A stretch of DNA of 62,924 nt, the filler included, from Asterionella formosa (Eukaryota): the NCBI GenBank assembly GCA_002256025.1. It is 16 parts of 16 records of this genome, joined end to end, with 100 filler letters (N's around TTAATTAATTAA, not from the genome) between each part and the next. Parts side by side here need not be neighbours in the genome. Positions count along the whole stretch, not along the records: positions 32,473 to 33,474 come from NKIB01005083.1; positions 33,575 to 34,576 come from NKIB01005084.1; positions 34,677 to 35,678 come from NKIB01005085.1; positions 35,779 to 36,780 come from NKIB01005086.1; positions 36,881 to 37,882 come from NKIB01005087.1; positions 37,983 to 38,984 come from NKIB01005088.1; positions 39,085 to 55,217 come from NKIB01005089.1; 9 more parts are not named here. The stretch is one strand, 5' to 3'. The notes under the pieces were generated by a model. It ran no database searches, was not told the origin of the DNA, and saw only the letters and a list, made by a program, of their open reading frames with translations. Both the position numbers and the translations under genes were made by a program. Shown here piece by piece: positions 33,411 to 48,000 of the stretch; the first letter of the stretch is position 1; each line of letters starts with the position of its first letter.

Positions 33411-34874
33411 GACGTCACAATTTCGTCCCCCCACATCTCTCAGTTTTCGCTCCCTTTGATATTGTCTGCTACTANNNNNNNNNNNNNNNNNNNNNNNNNN
33501 NNNNNNNNNNNNNNNNNNTTAATTAATTAANNNNNNNNNNNNNNNNNNNNNNNNNNNNNNNNNNNNNNNNNNNNTCATTAACAAGCCTGCTTGATAAGAT
33601 GGCGATTACCAGGAGTTAATTTCAGTTTTGACTTTTGTTCAGCCGACTTGACTTTTCGTATCTTGTTCCCAAGCTTGCAACAATTATTCGAGTTTCTTGT
33701 ACATCGACGCACTCTTCGTAAAATCAAAGGGTTTAAAGATCCGTTCCCTGGTAATCTAAAATACTGGTATAGTCTTCAGCACATTTACCAGTATATATAT
33801 AATACAGTAGAACCTCCCAATAACATAATACACTCCCATAGGATACAGCCTGTATATAAGATACACTTTTTCAATGAAGTGTTCCCAATTTGGATATCCT
33901 TCTAAGTGGCCCTCTCTATAAGATACACTCTCTATTAGAGGCACTTGGATACAGTTTAGCTCGAAAAAGGTTATTCTGAACTCAGTATAAGATATAGTAG
34001 AGAACAAGGATAAGAGCACCACACAGCCAGTCTGCACTCAGTTTGAGCCCTTAATTTTTTCCTTGTTTTCCTTCTTTTATTCTCAAATCACTGTGGACTG
34101 ACAATCTTCAGTACCAGTTGCTTATGCATGTAATGGAAACATCAGTGTATGAACCACATCATTGTAGCGATGTGATGTGGTATCGCTTGGGATATTATAT
34201 GTCAAGAACAGTTTATGTTATAATCTTTAGTTTGTCTTTATATGTACTTAACTGAAAGGAATCTCAATCGTTTCTTGTACATTTGCTTCCATTCTTTCAC
34301 TCATACCGATCTCCAAGATTCAGACATTCTCACCATTCTCCTTCATTGGTAAAAGTTGTGAAGAGCATGTCAGAAATAAAGATAACATGTTTAAGTGTTT
34401 CCATTGATACAAAATATGCAGCTGTTATGCTTCACGATAAAAGGGATATTGTAAGAGAAGTTGCTTTTAAACTTGCCATAAGCATCGGAATTTTTCAAAG
34501 AGCCAATAAAGGAAGGAGAACATACTGATTGAAGGAGAATCGATGCAATCCATGAAAATGGTTCGCCTTAATAGTGNNNNNNNNNNNNNNNNNNNNNNNN
34601 NNNNNNNNNNNNNNNNNNNNTTAATTAATTAANNNNNNNNNNNNNNNNNNNNNNNNNNNNNNNNNNNNNNNNNNNNTGGCATTGCAGATGATTGGCTTCT
34701 TGAGTATGTTGTGGTGCCAAACATTCTTTCTCAGTAACAACGTGGTGTAGCATGGACACTGGCACGGCCACATCTTTGGGCGGCTTTTGAGCCCAGCAGT
34801 CTTCATGGTTATTTGCCAGTTGCCATGATAGCTCGCATTTAAAACGTATGGATCTGTTCAGCATCTGGAACCAG

Positions 34875-35520
34875 ATTTAATCCAGTTTAGAAGCGGTTTG
34901 TTGTTGTAACCGGGCATGAAGCAGAGGTGTACATTGACAAGGTTTGGGGGTCTGCTAGCTAGTACTACAATTGAAGGCAATTTAGTGAATGTCCTTGGTA
35001 AAGATGGGGAAGTACAAGGTGGTGGAGTTCTGGCAGCAGGACAAAGAGGGAAAAACAAGATCGGCTGCAACGGCCAAGGAACGAAATAATTGGACTTCAC
35101 TCACAGCAAAAAGAGACACAATGCGATGTTGTGGAAATGAAAACTCAAATAGCAGTAATTACCACCAGCACTGTTAGCAAGGGAATGGCACGAACAGAGA
35201 GGAGCATTCTTATTCGGTTTGCAAAAGTCCTGTGGCAACAATTTCGAAGCATTGGAAGTTACAATGGCAATGACATGATGACAGCTGAAACAAGAAACAA
35301 CAAGAATGAAAACATAGCACACAATGAAGTAGAAGGAAACAATGATCTGCAAAGCAACATGCTGGCTGGTGATCCAGACTACAATAGTAGTTTCAGCAAG
35401 ACACCAAATATGCTATTTGTTATTAGGCAGGAATGGGAGGTTGGGATTGGAGGGAGAAATCCAGAAAATCTATTTACAAGGGTCAAAAGGGGTAGAGTGA
35501 AATTTATTTACTGTCGGCAG
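34875..35520 (+). mobile_element. Crypton-like transposon 3' fragment (decayed)
   Basis: NPV*KRFVVVTGHEAEVYIDKVW and QEWEVGIGGRNP..FT..RGRVKFIYCR match the 51624-53377 element (NPVGKRLIVVNGAEAELYIDEIW; QEWEVGITGRKPARIFT). Confidence 0.75.
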
Positions 35521-36880
35521 AACCAGCAATTAGGGTAATGATGGGACAAGCTGGCATAACAGATAAACTAGCATTAATAGCGTTATCCACTAGTATGACT
35601 TGCTCCCCTTGGGGTCACATATTGGAAGCTGGGGTGGGAGTGGTTGCAGTGGTTTGAGTACGAGTGGGGCATGTTGTCNNNNNNNNNNNNNNNNNNNNNN
35701 NNNNNNNNNNNNNNNNNNNNNNTTAATTAATTAANNNNNNNNNNNNNNNNNNNNNNNNNNNNNNNNNNNNNNNNNNNNCACCTTACCCCCGCAGTACTGT
35801 ACCTGCAAGTTACTGTCATTTTTTTCAGTTTTCGAATAATTATGTATAATTACCGGTAAAACCAAAAATTACACAGAAAAAGAAAAGACTTAAGTTGTAG
35901 CAAATTTACCAAAACATGGTTGACCTTGTATTGGCATACATAGCTTCATCGTTAAGGTTGCGAATCCGTGCTCTCGCCAATACAAGGAAAAAGGCTCTTT
36001 TTTTAATAGGTATTTCACGAAATGGCCGGAATTTTTTCCTGAACGAGGTATGAATAGTTTCATAGTTTCTCTGAAATACTTTTGGCAAAAAAGAATTGAG
36101 GCAAGTTCACAAAAGACTACTACAGTACTACTGTGCTGATCACAGAATTTAGCGGTACTTAAGCTAAAGGGACCTCTGGGTCCCAATAGTTAATAATTCC
36201 TAAAACCGACCAATTCACCATGACAAAAGGCGCTATCCAAGCGGCCAACCAAGCAACGAAAGAACAAATCATAGATGTGTGACAGAGCCAAAAGATATTA
36301 ATGAAATCCTACGGAAAGAGAATGCAGAAAGAGGAGGAGGAGATGATGGAAAAGCAAACAAAGCTTACTGCAGGAGCAGTGGAAAATGGGGATTGCATGG
36401 ATGTCGATTTGGCATTTGCCGCAAACACTAGACACAGTTTCTGGGGAATTCAAAGCAATGGAATCAACACAACACAAACCATGCAAAGACAGTATCAAGA
36501 GTAAAGAAAAGAAGAAGTTTAACACCTTTTTCACTATCATAGTGAGCGCTATTACATTGCAAGAAGCAGACGAATACGAGAATGGCGGTATGCCAAACAT
36601 TAACGGGAAAGAAGAAGACAGAGAAATGAAGAAGACACTGATGCAGAAATTTCGCCAGAGCTGGATGTGCTGCTCAAAGCAATAAACTTTGTGATAACGA
36701 AGACTATGAAGACAGAGACAAAAACAATGACTTGGAAGCCCTGGAATCACCAATTGTTATGGAGACTTCAAATTGAATCANNNNNNNNNNNNNNNNNNNN
36801 NNNNNNNNNNNNNNNNNNNNNNNNTTAATTAATTAANNNNNNNNNNNNNNNNNNNNNNNNNNNNNNNNNNNNNNNNNNNN

Positions 36881-37575
36881 TCATACCGGTCAACTTCTCG
36901 TATTCGTGTAGAAGTTGCATACGAAATTTCTGCATTTGCACCTCCCAGTATTCACCATACTTGTCCTCTTTCCAAGCATATTCCACTCCTAGGTGTTTCT
37001 GTAGAATACCCTGCTCGGTAATATTAAAATCTTCCTTGATAACATTTTTCATATACTCCACTGCACTTGGAGTCCCACATACAATACCGTCATCCACGTA
37101 ATTAACAAGTAGACCATCAATTTGTCCATCCTTGTTCCGGTGCATAAATAACATAGGGTCGATCTTGCTCTTCGTCATACCTGGTTTATTGGTGACACAT
37201 TTCGCAAACGTCCTGGACCAGCATCGTGGAGCTTGTACTATCCCGTACATAGCCTTCACAAGCTTGCAAACATGTGTATCGGAATCGACTCCGATCAAAC
37301 CTTGAGGGGGCTCAATATAAATGTCCTCATCGACGTCAGCATTTAGAAATGCTGCTTCCACATCAATAGCCTCCGCTCGCCAACCGTTGTACATCGTCAC
37401 TGGGAGTACCGTTTTGATTGTCGCATCGCTTGCAACTGGAGCAAATGTCTCAGTAAAATCGACACCTGGGATTTGCTCATATCCCTTCACGACCAATCTT
37501 GCCTTGTAAATGGTCTTCCCGGTTAACACATCTTCTTTAATTCGAAACACCCATCTCGTTTTTAGTGTTCGCTTC
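36881..37575 (-). mobile_element. Ty1/Copia reverse transcriptase fragment, open frame
   Basis: RWVFRIK, YKARLVVKGYEQIPGVDFTETFAPVA, IDVEAAFLNA, KAMYGIVQAPRCW, YVDDG, HLGV; upstream it switches to non-coding DNA at a TTAA (~37576). Confidence 0.95.
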
Positions 37576-37982
37576 TTAAGGTTCCTGCATTTGAACCCCT
37601 AGCTCGAGGTAGGGTTAAAAAAATAATATTAAGTCAGAGTAGTCAAACATAGACTTCTTACGAGTAAAAAGTAAATGTATATCGCTAAACGGAGCTTTCA
37701 CCAATACACACCCTTTCCACATGCTTAAATACAGTAATTTATCAAAGTAGGGGTATAGGTCAACGCTATATATCGTCAGGATATAGGATCTGGCGAGAAA
37801 CTGCAGAAAGGAACTTCGGTTTTTTAACTATGCTGAAAATAGTGGATTTTACCGGGCTAACTCGTTTATTTGGCCTAGTAAANNNNNNNNNNNNNNNNNN
37901 NNNNNNNNNNNNNNNNNNNNNNNNNNTTAATTAATTAANNNNNNNNNNNNNNNNNNNNNNNNNNNNNNNNNNNNNNNNNNNN

Positions 37983-38984
37983 TCCTCAAATACCTATGAG
38001 GCATTCGCTTCCACCCCACCAAGGTGGGGACAGTTACAAATGCCCCAATCCGACACCGAACTATCAAAGCCAGTCCTGCTTGGTCTTTGGGACTGCCCCC
38101 CACACGTGACCGTGTGAGTGGATGCTTGTCAAATCCGCCTCCCTCATACCACACTGTGCGGGCCCCCGACGGACGAGTCAAGTTCCGTCGGATCCCACAC
38201 TCTCTCTCCAAAATGCATGCTTTCACTACCTCAGCCAGTACCTTTGGTTCCAGGCTCTGCCATCCAGCACCCAAGTACCTCTCCACAATAGACACCGGTG
38301 CATGGGGGAGCGCATAGCGTTTCAGCCAGCGCGGACCCCCCGAGCACCATGTCCATTTCTGACTTCGGAATGGTCTTAGGACCAATTCCTGAAGCCAGGT
38401 TTTGAGACCCGAGGCCTTGGCATAAGCTCTGGCCCGTCGGGCACCCGCCAAGGCACACATTGGCAACATCCGTGCCTCCTTCCACAGGCCTACTGATGGC
38501 ACATCCCCTGCCCTCCTGGCTCCAATGCTAGCCCTAAGGCATCGGTTCAGAAGAACCTGCATTTTGTCCGTAAGGTGACGGTTCATACCATACAGCTCAG
38601 CCCCAAAAAGGAGGCGGGGGGCAACTACTCCTGCAACAGTCAGCAAACGCATGGCCATTGGTACCACCGGGCACCGTAGAAACGGTACCAAGGTGGCAAC
38701 TGTGGCCCGCCCTTGCTTGACTCTATGGGCCACCATAGACGAGATAGACAGACCTGGTGTCATGAGGACACCCAGATACATATATCTGTCCACAACAGGG
38801 AGTGGAAGTCCCTCCAGTTCCAGTCCGGCCACATCTTGTCCAGGGACAAGCGGTTCGGTGGCCGGGTCTGGGTCTGGCGGTAGGAATTCCATCAGCCCAC
38901 ACTTCCCTATGCCCACACTCATCTCGTTAGCTGTAACCCAGTTGGTAACGTGCGTACAGAACCGTTTGGCCGCCTCCAGGGAGG
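37983..38984 (-). mobile_element. Non-LTR (LINE-like) retrotransposon ORF fragment, RT C-terminal/thumb region
   Basis: Open across the contig; MSVGIGKCGLM (domain-6-like), VDRYMYLGV (domain 7 YLG), PRLLFGAELY, downstream RCRIG; GC-rich. Confidence 0.8.
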
Positions 38985-40504
38985 NNNNNNNNNNNNNNNN
39001 NNNNNNNNNNNNNNNNNNNNNNNNNNNNTTAATTAATTAANNNNNNNNNNNNNNNNNNNNNNNNNNNNNNNNNNNNNNNNNNNNCCCCCCCCATCTCATC
39101 AAGAATGGAGATAGAAAAGAGAAAGAAATCAGCAGTTGTCAGAGCACGGGTGGAAAGGAATCAAGTGAATGAACAAGGGCCTGATGAAGATGATCAATAA
39201 AAGCATATCCCATCATAGTCATGCAGTGTGCACGCAAAGTTGCAAAAGGTAATGCCTTAGTGAAGTGATCAGCTAGATTGCAAGTAGATGAAAAACGGTG
39301 AAATGATACATGGGCATGACGGACATGTTCTTGGAGAGTCTGCATTTTAGTGGCAATATGACGAACATTGCGTGTAAGTTTCCCTGCATGAGCAATAATT
39401 TGGGCAGCAGAATTATCTTCACCTATGGGGACTGGGGCGTGGTATGGCAGAGAAATATCTTCCATATAGATGCGGAGGAGCAATAAAACATGTTTAGACA
39501 ATGTGGTAGCAGCATCTAATTCAGCCTCAGTTGTATTGTAAGATGTAGTACTTTGTTTGCGACATAGAGTGAAAATTGCAGTGCCATTGATCAAAATGAC
39601 TCTTCCAGGGTAAGCAAGGCGATCAAGAACAGCACCAACAAAGTTGGCATCAGCGAAATCCTGAGTAAGCGGAGCCATGCATGGAGTAGACTTATTGATA
39701 GTTTTTGGAGGAAGATGCCAAAATGTTTAGTCCTTATCCAAGTGATGAGCCTCATTACTAATGACAGTTGGTTCCCCAAGCCAGGGAGCTGCTTGACTGA
39801 TATAAGCACCAACTGAAAAAATACAACCACGGCACGTGACAGCTTATGATTGAAAGCTAATGTAATATCAGGATATCGTTGTAGTTATTTGGAAATTTGT
39901 AAGAGACCCGCAAAATGGATGATCCCAGGAGCATTTTGATATTGCGCAAGGCGTTGTACCACAGTTTGAATGTCCAGTTGCTTCCATTGAAACAGATTTC
40001 GGAATTGAACAAGGAGAGTGCGATATTCAAAACCATATGACTTAATAGCGAGTTTCATTTCCACATCTGAGTAGGGGAAACAACTTGCTAAAGCTTTGTC
40101 ATGTTGAATGCCAGCAATCATGGGAACAAGATTGGTAGAACAAGATTGGTAGAAGATGGGGTTTGGTGATTCCAAGCAGCCCCATAGACATAAGTGAGAA
40201 CTTCATGGATCATATGAGTTTGGTCTATGGTCATGCAGTGTGGACTGCTGAAAAGAAATTGGAGACCCAAAAATGTGAGACAATACCCACATTGTGAACC
40301 TACCAGTGAGATTCAAGGTGACTAACTATATGGTTGTAGGTCTCTAAAGAGCGTGTTCCAATGAGAATATCATCCGTTGCTTGAGCCATAATGACATGGT
40401 GATTATTAATGGTCCCTTGATAGATACATTGATCTGCCCGGTTTTTGGTGAGACCGAGTTGTCAACAGATAACTTTGTCAATATGTTCGCCCCACTCGTT
40501 GAAA

Positions 40505-41425
40505 GGCTGAAAGTTTGTCTATAGTAAGGTGTCAAGTGACCTTATCAAGATTCCATAGATATATGAACCATGACAATTAGTGCGTACATAAAACTCACTA
40601 CAAAATTGACTTAGAGGAATTTGTTGCATCTTGAAATGTTGTACCCTCTCCGAGAATACTGTCGCTAGGGTTTTCTCGTCTATTTCTACAAAACATAGAA
40701 AACTTTATCTAGTCAAAGTTATCAAGCTAATCACCGCCGACTCAAAAATGTCGCTACTTTGGTGATATCTTCAAAACTGAGCAAATGACGACCAGAAACA
40801 ACTTCCAGCGCCGATTTTAACTTTTTGTTGTCAATACTTGCAAAAAATGTTATGATTCAACAAAAATCTCGTCTATGTTTGTCTACATACACCTGCAAAA
40901 TAGGAATTGCTCATTGTCAATATTCGTGAAGATATTCAACTCCATAATTTCGTTATGGTCAAGATGGAGTTGCTGTCTCATCAACCCCATACCACATGCA
41001 GCTTTACAAACAACCATGCAAGCACTGGTAGTACATAACCAGTGATATGTACACCAAACATATATACCGCTAATTTGTTATTCTATATACGGAATGTACA
41101 AAGTATATACAAGGTCTGTTGCATTTATGATGTGTTCCATGTCGAAAACGTGAGTACTACTAGTACATCTGATACATTATGCATCAGATTTCTTGACAAA
41201 ATGTACAGTAGAACAAATATATTTTTAATTTTCGATTTTCAATATACTAAGTAAAAAGGGTCATTGAAAATTTAGTTAGGAAAAGTTTCTATCATTGAAA
41301 AAAATTATGATTGATTTGCTACAAATTTAGTCAAAAAAAGTAATCCCGAGTTCCCCCGACTAACTCATTATGCATTTTCGGACACTTTTATGCAAAAAGT
41401 GTAATGAACCTTTTTTAGAGGGAGT
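40505..41425. mobile_element. ~0.9-kb AT-rich non-coding insertion splitting the Copia RT
   Basis: RT similarity stops at about 41425 (PKEHATLF) and resumes at about 40500 (NEWGEHIDKV..NRADQCIYQG); boundaries approximate. Confidence 0.55.
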
Positions 41426-44400
41426 GTCATAAATAAAGTGGCATGTTCTTTAGGAAATTGAGTTTGAAACCAGAGTAGATATTCTGGGAACACACGAAGC
41501 CAAATACAATTACCAGCAGCGTTAGGAGGTGCAGGTGTATTTTGAAAAGCATTGCTGATAACCAGATGATAAAAGTCAAAGTGTAGATATAAGCCAGAAG
41601 TAGCTAAAAAAACTTTGATGTACATAGCCAAAATGGTGGGTGCAAATGATTCAGTGTAATCCACTCCTTTGATTTGGAAACTTCCATTGACACAAAGGCG
41701 GAATTTGCGATCGTTGATTTGCTTTGCTGTGTTAAGAACATGTTTGAGCACTAGCACAGCTGGCAAAAGTGAACATCATGAAGAGGCACTGATGGGGGAC
41801 CAAAAGTACCAATTCTGTGGCAGTTGTCAAGATGGGAAAATAAAGCAGCAGTCCAATCTCCCTTAAAGGGTCCCTTCATGGCCTCATGAAATGAGCGGGG
41901 ACATCACAGCCATGTCAAGCGAAAGCCATGGAGTACAGCTGGGAATAAGGTCCTCTATAGCATCATGTCATAGCGCTAGAGTGTGAGCTCCAACAGATTG
42001 ATCGCCAGTAGGATGGTCCAGCAAAGCTTTAGCCGCAGGGGAACAATCATGAGGGAGTCAATGACCACATAACTCATCGATAGCTGCATAGTGTGCATAT
42101 TGGACTTGTCCAGAATCACCAATGTATTGGTAAATGTGAGCCGTACCTTGAAAACCCACAAATTTCCCCAGGAGGGTGTTTGAATCTGGCCGATGATGAC
42201 TTGCTCGAAAAAATTTAACATGAAGATGAGATCCAAAAATGAATGCCATAGAGAGATTAGGAGCATGCTTATAAAAAACTTCGTAGGGAGCTCTGCCATT
42301 ATGAGCATCAGAGGGGCGCACATTGAAGAGAAAAGTTGCATAGGTAACAGCAAAACACCAGAAAGAAGGGTCCATTTGTGCTCCATACATGAGGCATTGA
42401 GCTGTTTAACCAATAAGTTTGATAGACACCTCTGCTTTCCCATTCTGAGATGAGGTATATGCTCCAGTAGGTTCAACAGCGATGTGTAGTAGTGAAAGTT
42501 GCATTTTCAATGTATCATTAGCAAACAGTTCACCATCCATACAAATACGTCGAACTTATTGGCCTGTTCTAATTTTGAACATGTTGTATAATCCAAAGTA
42601 TAAGTTTAACCGGGGTGGTTTTTGATTGCCGACAGAATTTCCAACGGTGATTGGAGATAGCTTCAGTGGCAACTATGAAACATTTGAAGCCCCGCCCAAC
42701 AGGATTGTTTACCATAAAAACCAAAATCCATATAAAGCATTTGGCCAACTACTTTAAATGGTGATTCCCTGGTAAGATGTTTGGATAGTGAAGGCTGTTT
42801 TTCTTTGAGACAGATACTAGGGCAAGAAAAAGTGTCTGGGATGATAACATTGGCAGGTAATCCAACAACGCTTTTACCATTGAGCAGTAATTCCATAGAG
42901 CGATGACCAGGACATCCCATGCGTAGATGGATAAGATGATATAAACCAGCTGGTTTCATGGTTTTGAAGAGATCAATGGCTGAAGTGGTAGTTGAGAGAG
43001 TCGGTTTGTGGAGGCGAACAATGAGATCATAATCTGCATCATCAAACGTAAGGAGTTTAAAAAGATATTCTTTTCCATTTGGTAGTCTTAACCATGGCAA
43101 ATTCACATTTCGACGAAGTCGATGGTCAGCTTCATAACTAAGTTGTTTAAGAGCATGGACACTAAGGGACCGACGTCGGTAATGGGGGAGTTCAACGGGT
43201 TTTGGCAACGAAATTTCAAGTTCAACAGTCCGATGTGCAGAAATGAAGCACGGCAATGAGGTTCCAACAATGTACCCAACTTGATCTATATCTCCAATTT
43301 TGACTGTTTGGCAGACCACATTGTGCAGCTCATTGCTCATACAAGTGACATTGCCATTTGCCCCAGTATCCACATGCATGAGAGATTCACCATCTCGTAA
43401 GAGGGCGGCATCTTCAAGGGAAGCTGTGATCGAGGTGGATGGAGAATGAGGTAGTATGGACAAAGGGGGTGCTAGATCATCTCAGTGGGGTCATTAGATG
43501 AATGGGTAAGATCAAAGTTTTTGTCATGCTCATATCTGATATGATTTACAAAAGCCACCATTCCTGTGTGATATACTGATGGGGTGACAGGATTGGATTG
43601 TCCATGATTATCCCAGCTATAAAGATGAGGACCTGTGTCCAAAGGGAGTTGTGTATGGTCCTGTGCAGTCAAGTGAATTTCTTCAAGAAGGGATTCAAGA
43701 GGGGGAGAAATGATTTCATTGAAATCCAGTGAATTCGAGATAGCATGAACACTGAGTGGGCGGGGGGAATGATTTGTGGACAGCTGATGAGTGCGGGGGG
43801 CATGTGTAGGACCTTCAAAAGGTGGTAATCATGACTGCTTTGATGAACAATTCTTTCCTGTTGTCACATAGTCCATTGAAATGCCAACAGTCAATTGTTT
43901 TATGTTTGCTCCCAAAGCAAATGCAACAGCAGAGAGGATCGTGTTTCACGCCACACCATGTGTAAGAACATAAGCCATGTGGGTTCGATATCCATGCGCG
44001 CTGGATAGCGGATACAATGAGAGCATGAATAGGGTGTTGATCAGTGCAGATTTGACCATCAAGAGCACGGTCCAGAGTGTGAGCAATATCGCTGGCAGAC
44101 ACAGGAAAGATGTCAGGAGTGGTTGAGGACATGGCTGTTGCTGAGTGCAGGTGGATGGAATTGGTTGAACGATTAGTGCGAGGACCGCTGAAGCTGCACG
44201 ATGCTGTGAGTAAAGCCAGAGGTCATCAGATTTCAGGGAACTTAATGAACATAGTTCTTCTTGAAGAAATTGTGAATTGGAACCGAGGCCTTGGATGTAG
44301 TGGAGAGGGAGATCAACTGGGCGAAATGTGGAGTGTTCTGGGTAAAGATATTGAAGCTCAAGCCATCGCGCAGAGAGAGTATTATACTTGGTAAGGGCAT

Positions 44401-45004
44401 CCAGAGTAGTTTGGTTTGCCCAATATGATAGTATATTAGGGAGCAGATGAAAGATGTTGAGCAAAGCCAGGGGCAAAGTTATCTCAGAGTCCAGGGTGAA
44501 GTAAGAGCAGGAGATCTTGTAATAACCCAAAACCATCACCAGTGGGACTGTGTTTGTCAAGACGGTCTTTGGCTTTGTCTTCATAATTGAGCGGCAGCAC
44601 ATCAGATGAGGAGAGGACAGAGTAATGGGTATTACCAGAACGACGATGTTCCCCCTCAAAAGAAGCAGAAGTTGCGGAGATAGAGAAGTGAAGACCAAAG
44701 AGAATGTGCATGGATGCAAGAAGGTCACCATTAACCGGAGTTGCACCAAGATCAGCATCATAAAGTAAATCCATGGCCTGTGGTAGGAGATCCATATAGA
44801 AGCCAGTGGAATTAAGAGCAGAGTGGAGGGAATTGTACCAGACAAAAAATTGAGAGGCATCAAGAGTGGTAAGTTTGAATTGTTTTACCCAACTAGGAGT
44901 ATTGACCTCCATAAGGACCCAAAAGAATGCCCGTAGAACTGTAAAGCCATGCAATAAGTGGGGAACGCCTATGACAAAGTAATGAGGGGATGCGGAGACC
45001 ACAA

Positions 45005-48000
45005 CGTCTGCAAATAAAAACCATCATATTTCCATGATGCATCATAGGATTATGATCATCTGATCATAATTTTTCGTTATATCATCAAATAATTTGATAA
45101 ATGCCCTTGTAATTTAAATAGTAACCCTTTTGACCATGGAAATTTTAATTTTTATATGTATTGTTTCTTTTAGGTTCCTTTATTTAAATTTCTTGGTAGG
45201 ATAATGTACCAGTTAGAGTAATGTGGTTTGGCTCATCATCCTCGCCAGTCCTCACTCTGATTCTTGAAACAACAACAAACCAGCCTTGTCGAGAGGAACG
45301 AGTGTTTGTGATAAAATCTTCATTTGTCGTTCAAGTCATCACATGTCTTCGATGAATCATCATCTACATTGCACAGTATGTTTGTACTATGCAATCCGTT
45401 AAGAGCTTGAAAAGAAATCCAATGAAAACGAAATGGCTCATCACACAAGACGAATATTTCCGGCCGGTCTGTCACCAGAGCATCAATCAGTGTTACAACC
45501 TCAATCATAACTAGTAAACAACATCCATTATAGAACAGCACAATCTACTTCTCCTCTGTAGTAACATCGTCTCTCTAACAAGAACGTGATACATGTAGAA
45601 TTGAAACGCAGCATAGCAGGCGATATGCACAAAGAAGCATGAGACTGTGCCATCTATTTATAGTAACAGAGTGATTCTGGTTTCGTAATTTTCATGTCTC
45701 ATTAGATTTTCTTTGTCAACGTACTAGTTCCTTACCTTTGAAGACAGGAGCGTAGCTATTCTTTGATGTATCTGGAATATTTCAATGGATGGCAGCAGTT
45801 GGTATTAGACACAAACCTCGACAAAAGCACTAGTAGCTTGTAGATGTTCATGAAAAGCGAGACACTTTGCTTGGCCTATCGCCCACCAGCCAGTCTATAC
45901 TGAAAAAATGCAAGAAGCAAGCACAAGTTGAATGCCCATTTATGGTATGGATTCAAGTTTCAGTAGTACAACAATGTAAAATATTAGAAACCGGAAGTCA
46001 CATTTCATCTAGTAATTACGGTTTTCATTAGCTATACTAGTATTGATTGAGCGGAAGCAATGGTAGAATGGCTGCCAAACGGGCGGGGGCAAACACAGAG
46101 AATCCTACTAATTTTTCTCCCCAATGATCCCAGACCCTTCTTGAATGTCATTTGCTACAGAAAATGGAGAACAGCCGCCATGATCTGTTGATTGTTGCTT
46201 TATGGTGCCACTGACCAAAACCTCCAGAAATCTCAATGAGTTGCTTGTTTCTTGACTTGAATGCCAAAGGTATCGAAACCAGTGGAAAAATCAAAACAAG
46301 GGAACTAAAAATGCTCTGCAAACATCAGGACAATTGTGAAAGAGAAATGAAGGTTCTTGGGAGGAGAAGTAAAGGGATAATTGCTTCTGCTGGTCTTGCG
46401 GGAACAAGAATAGATTGACCCAAACAATGTTGACAAATAGGTACCTACGGGAAAAGGAAGCAATGATTTCAGCATCATCAATCTATACACAAGCCTGCGC
46501 CACCTGATGTCGTCAGTATAGCTACCTCGACTTCATCAAGGAAGAAGTCAATGGGTGGAGCATGTGAGGAAAATCGGGGTTGAGGTTTTCTTGACGCCAA
46601 CGTGGGCCTGCTTGGCTGAACTTGCAGATGAAGGCATTTAATAACCTGGGCCTGCCTGTGAAGCCAAAGGATAAAGAAAAATCTACGACAAGGGTGGTGA
46701 GATAGTGCTTAGGAGGGGGGAGCAAAAGTTATCACAGCTGAACGCATTCGAAACTTGTGTAGACATTAGATGGTGGCATGCCATGGCTGCTCTTGGCTGA
46801 CAGCTGCAAAGTCAAGTACAAACACAACAAGGGTGCACAAAAGACAGTCCAATTTTAATCGACTGGCTGATACTTAATTTTGTGACTCACCATTCTCCAA
46901 TGGGGTGGACTTTGATCATTGCTTTGCTCGTTCAAAGCACAATCAATTCGAATGCTGTCCAGTGAAACAGCCAATGAAAACAATTGTGGCGAAAAAGCGC
47001 AGAACAGATCAAGAGATTTCATAGGAATTACAATAACAAAAGCAGGGCATATATGATGCACTGCTCCTTGTGTAGACTAGCTATATTTGATCATTTCCAT
47101 ATTTCATGCTATACAGGTGCAGCATGGATGATTCCTCCCTCCCATTCATTAGATATGCAACCATGTTGCGATAATTCTACAGGACCTATAGGATTGGTAG
47201 TCTGGTGGTCATCATTTCCGCATTGTATATACCAGTAGGATTCATGTATGCATGCATGCTGCGATAATTCTTACAAGACATAAAAATTTGGTAGCTTGGG
47301 AGTTATCACTTCCGCACTGTATACAGGGGAGGAAGGGGTTGTATGCATGAGCAATGACTACTCCAGTATAAACTATGATCTTTAATTGATGATTCTTGAT
47401 TCGTTTATCCTATAACTTTGATCATAACTTATTGATCATGTGATGAATGGTGTCGTTGATGAGAAAATGAACGATCAACATTTATTTTCAAGAATCAGGA
47501 TTGATTGATCTTAAAAAGATGAGCAAATGATCCTATACACATGAGCAAATTCAGTTTTTCGCTGCACTATCATGGCATTTCCATGATGAAAGTAATTACC
47601 AGCAATTATACAGTACTACCGGTAGGCCATATGAATTTTGGTCAACATGTCTATATACATAAATGTATGATTTCAACCATTTGAAAAATTGGTGATGATT
47701 CCCGTTTATTAAGGGGCTTAATTAATTCAGCCACTGACTGGTAGGTACAAGAATTGACACAAAAAAAATTAAAAAAACTCAACAGGTCGTGGAAAACTAT
47801 GAACTCATCATGCATTGTTTAAAACTATGCAAATGTTCAACTAGCTATATATACATTTAAACTTCTTACAAATCTTTTTATATATATGGTTTCATGGCTG
47901 AAACATTTGAAATCATGTTTTCATGTTCCTTGTCATGCATACACTTTGCTCCTGAAATGAAGGATTAACACAGATGATGACGCCGAAAACAAAAGTGATA

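Noticed and set aside
33575..34576. Short ORFs on this contig and on 35779-36780, 55318-56318 and 60823-61823
   Set aside because: No motifs I can assign; probably non-coding or heavily decayed TE sequence
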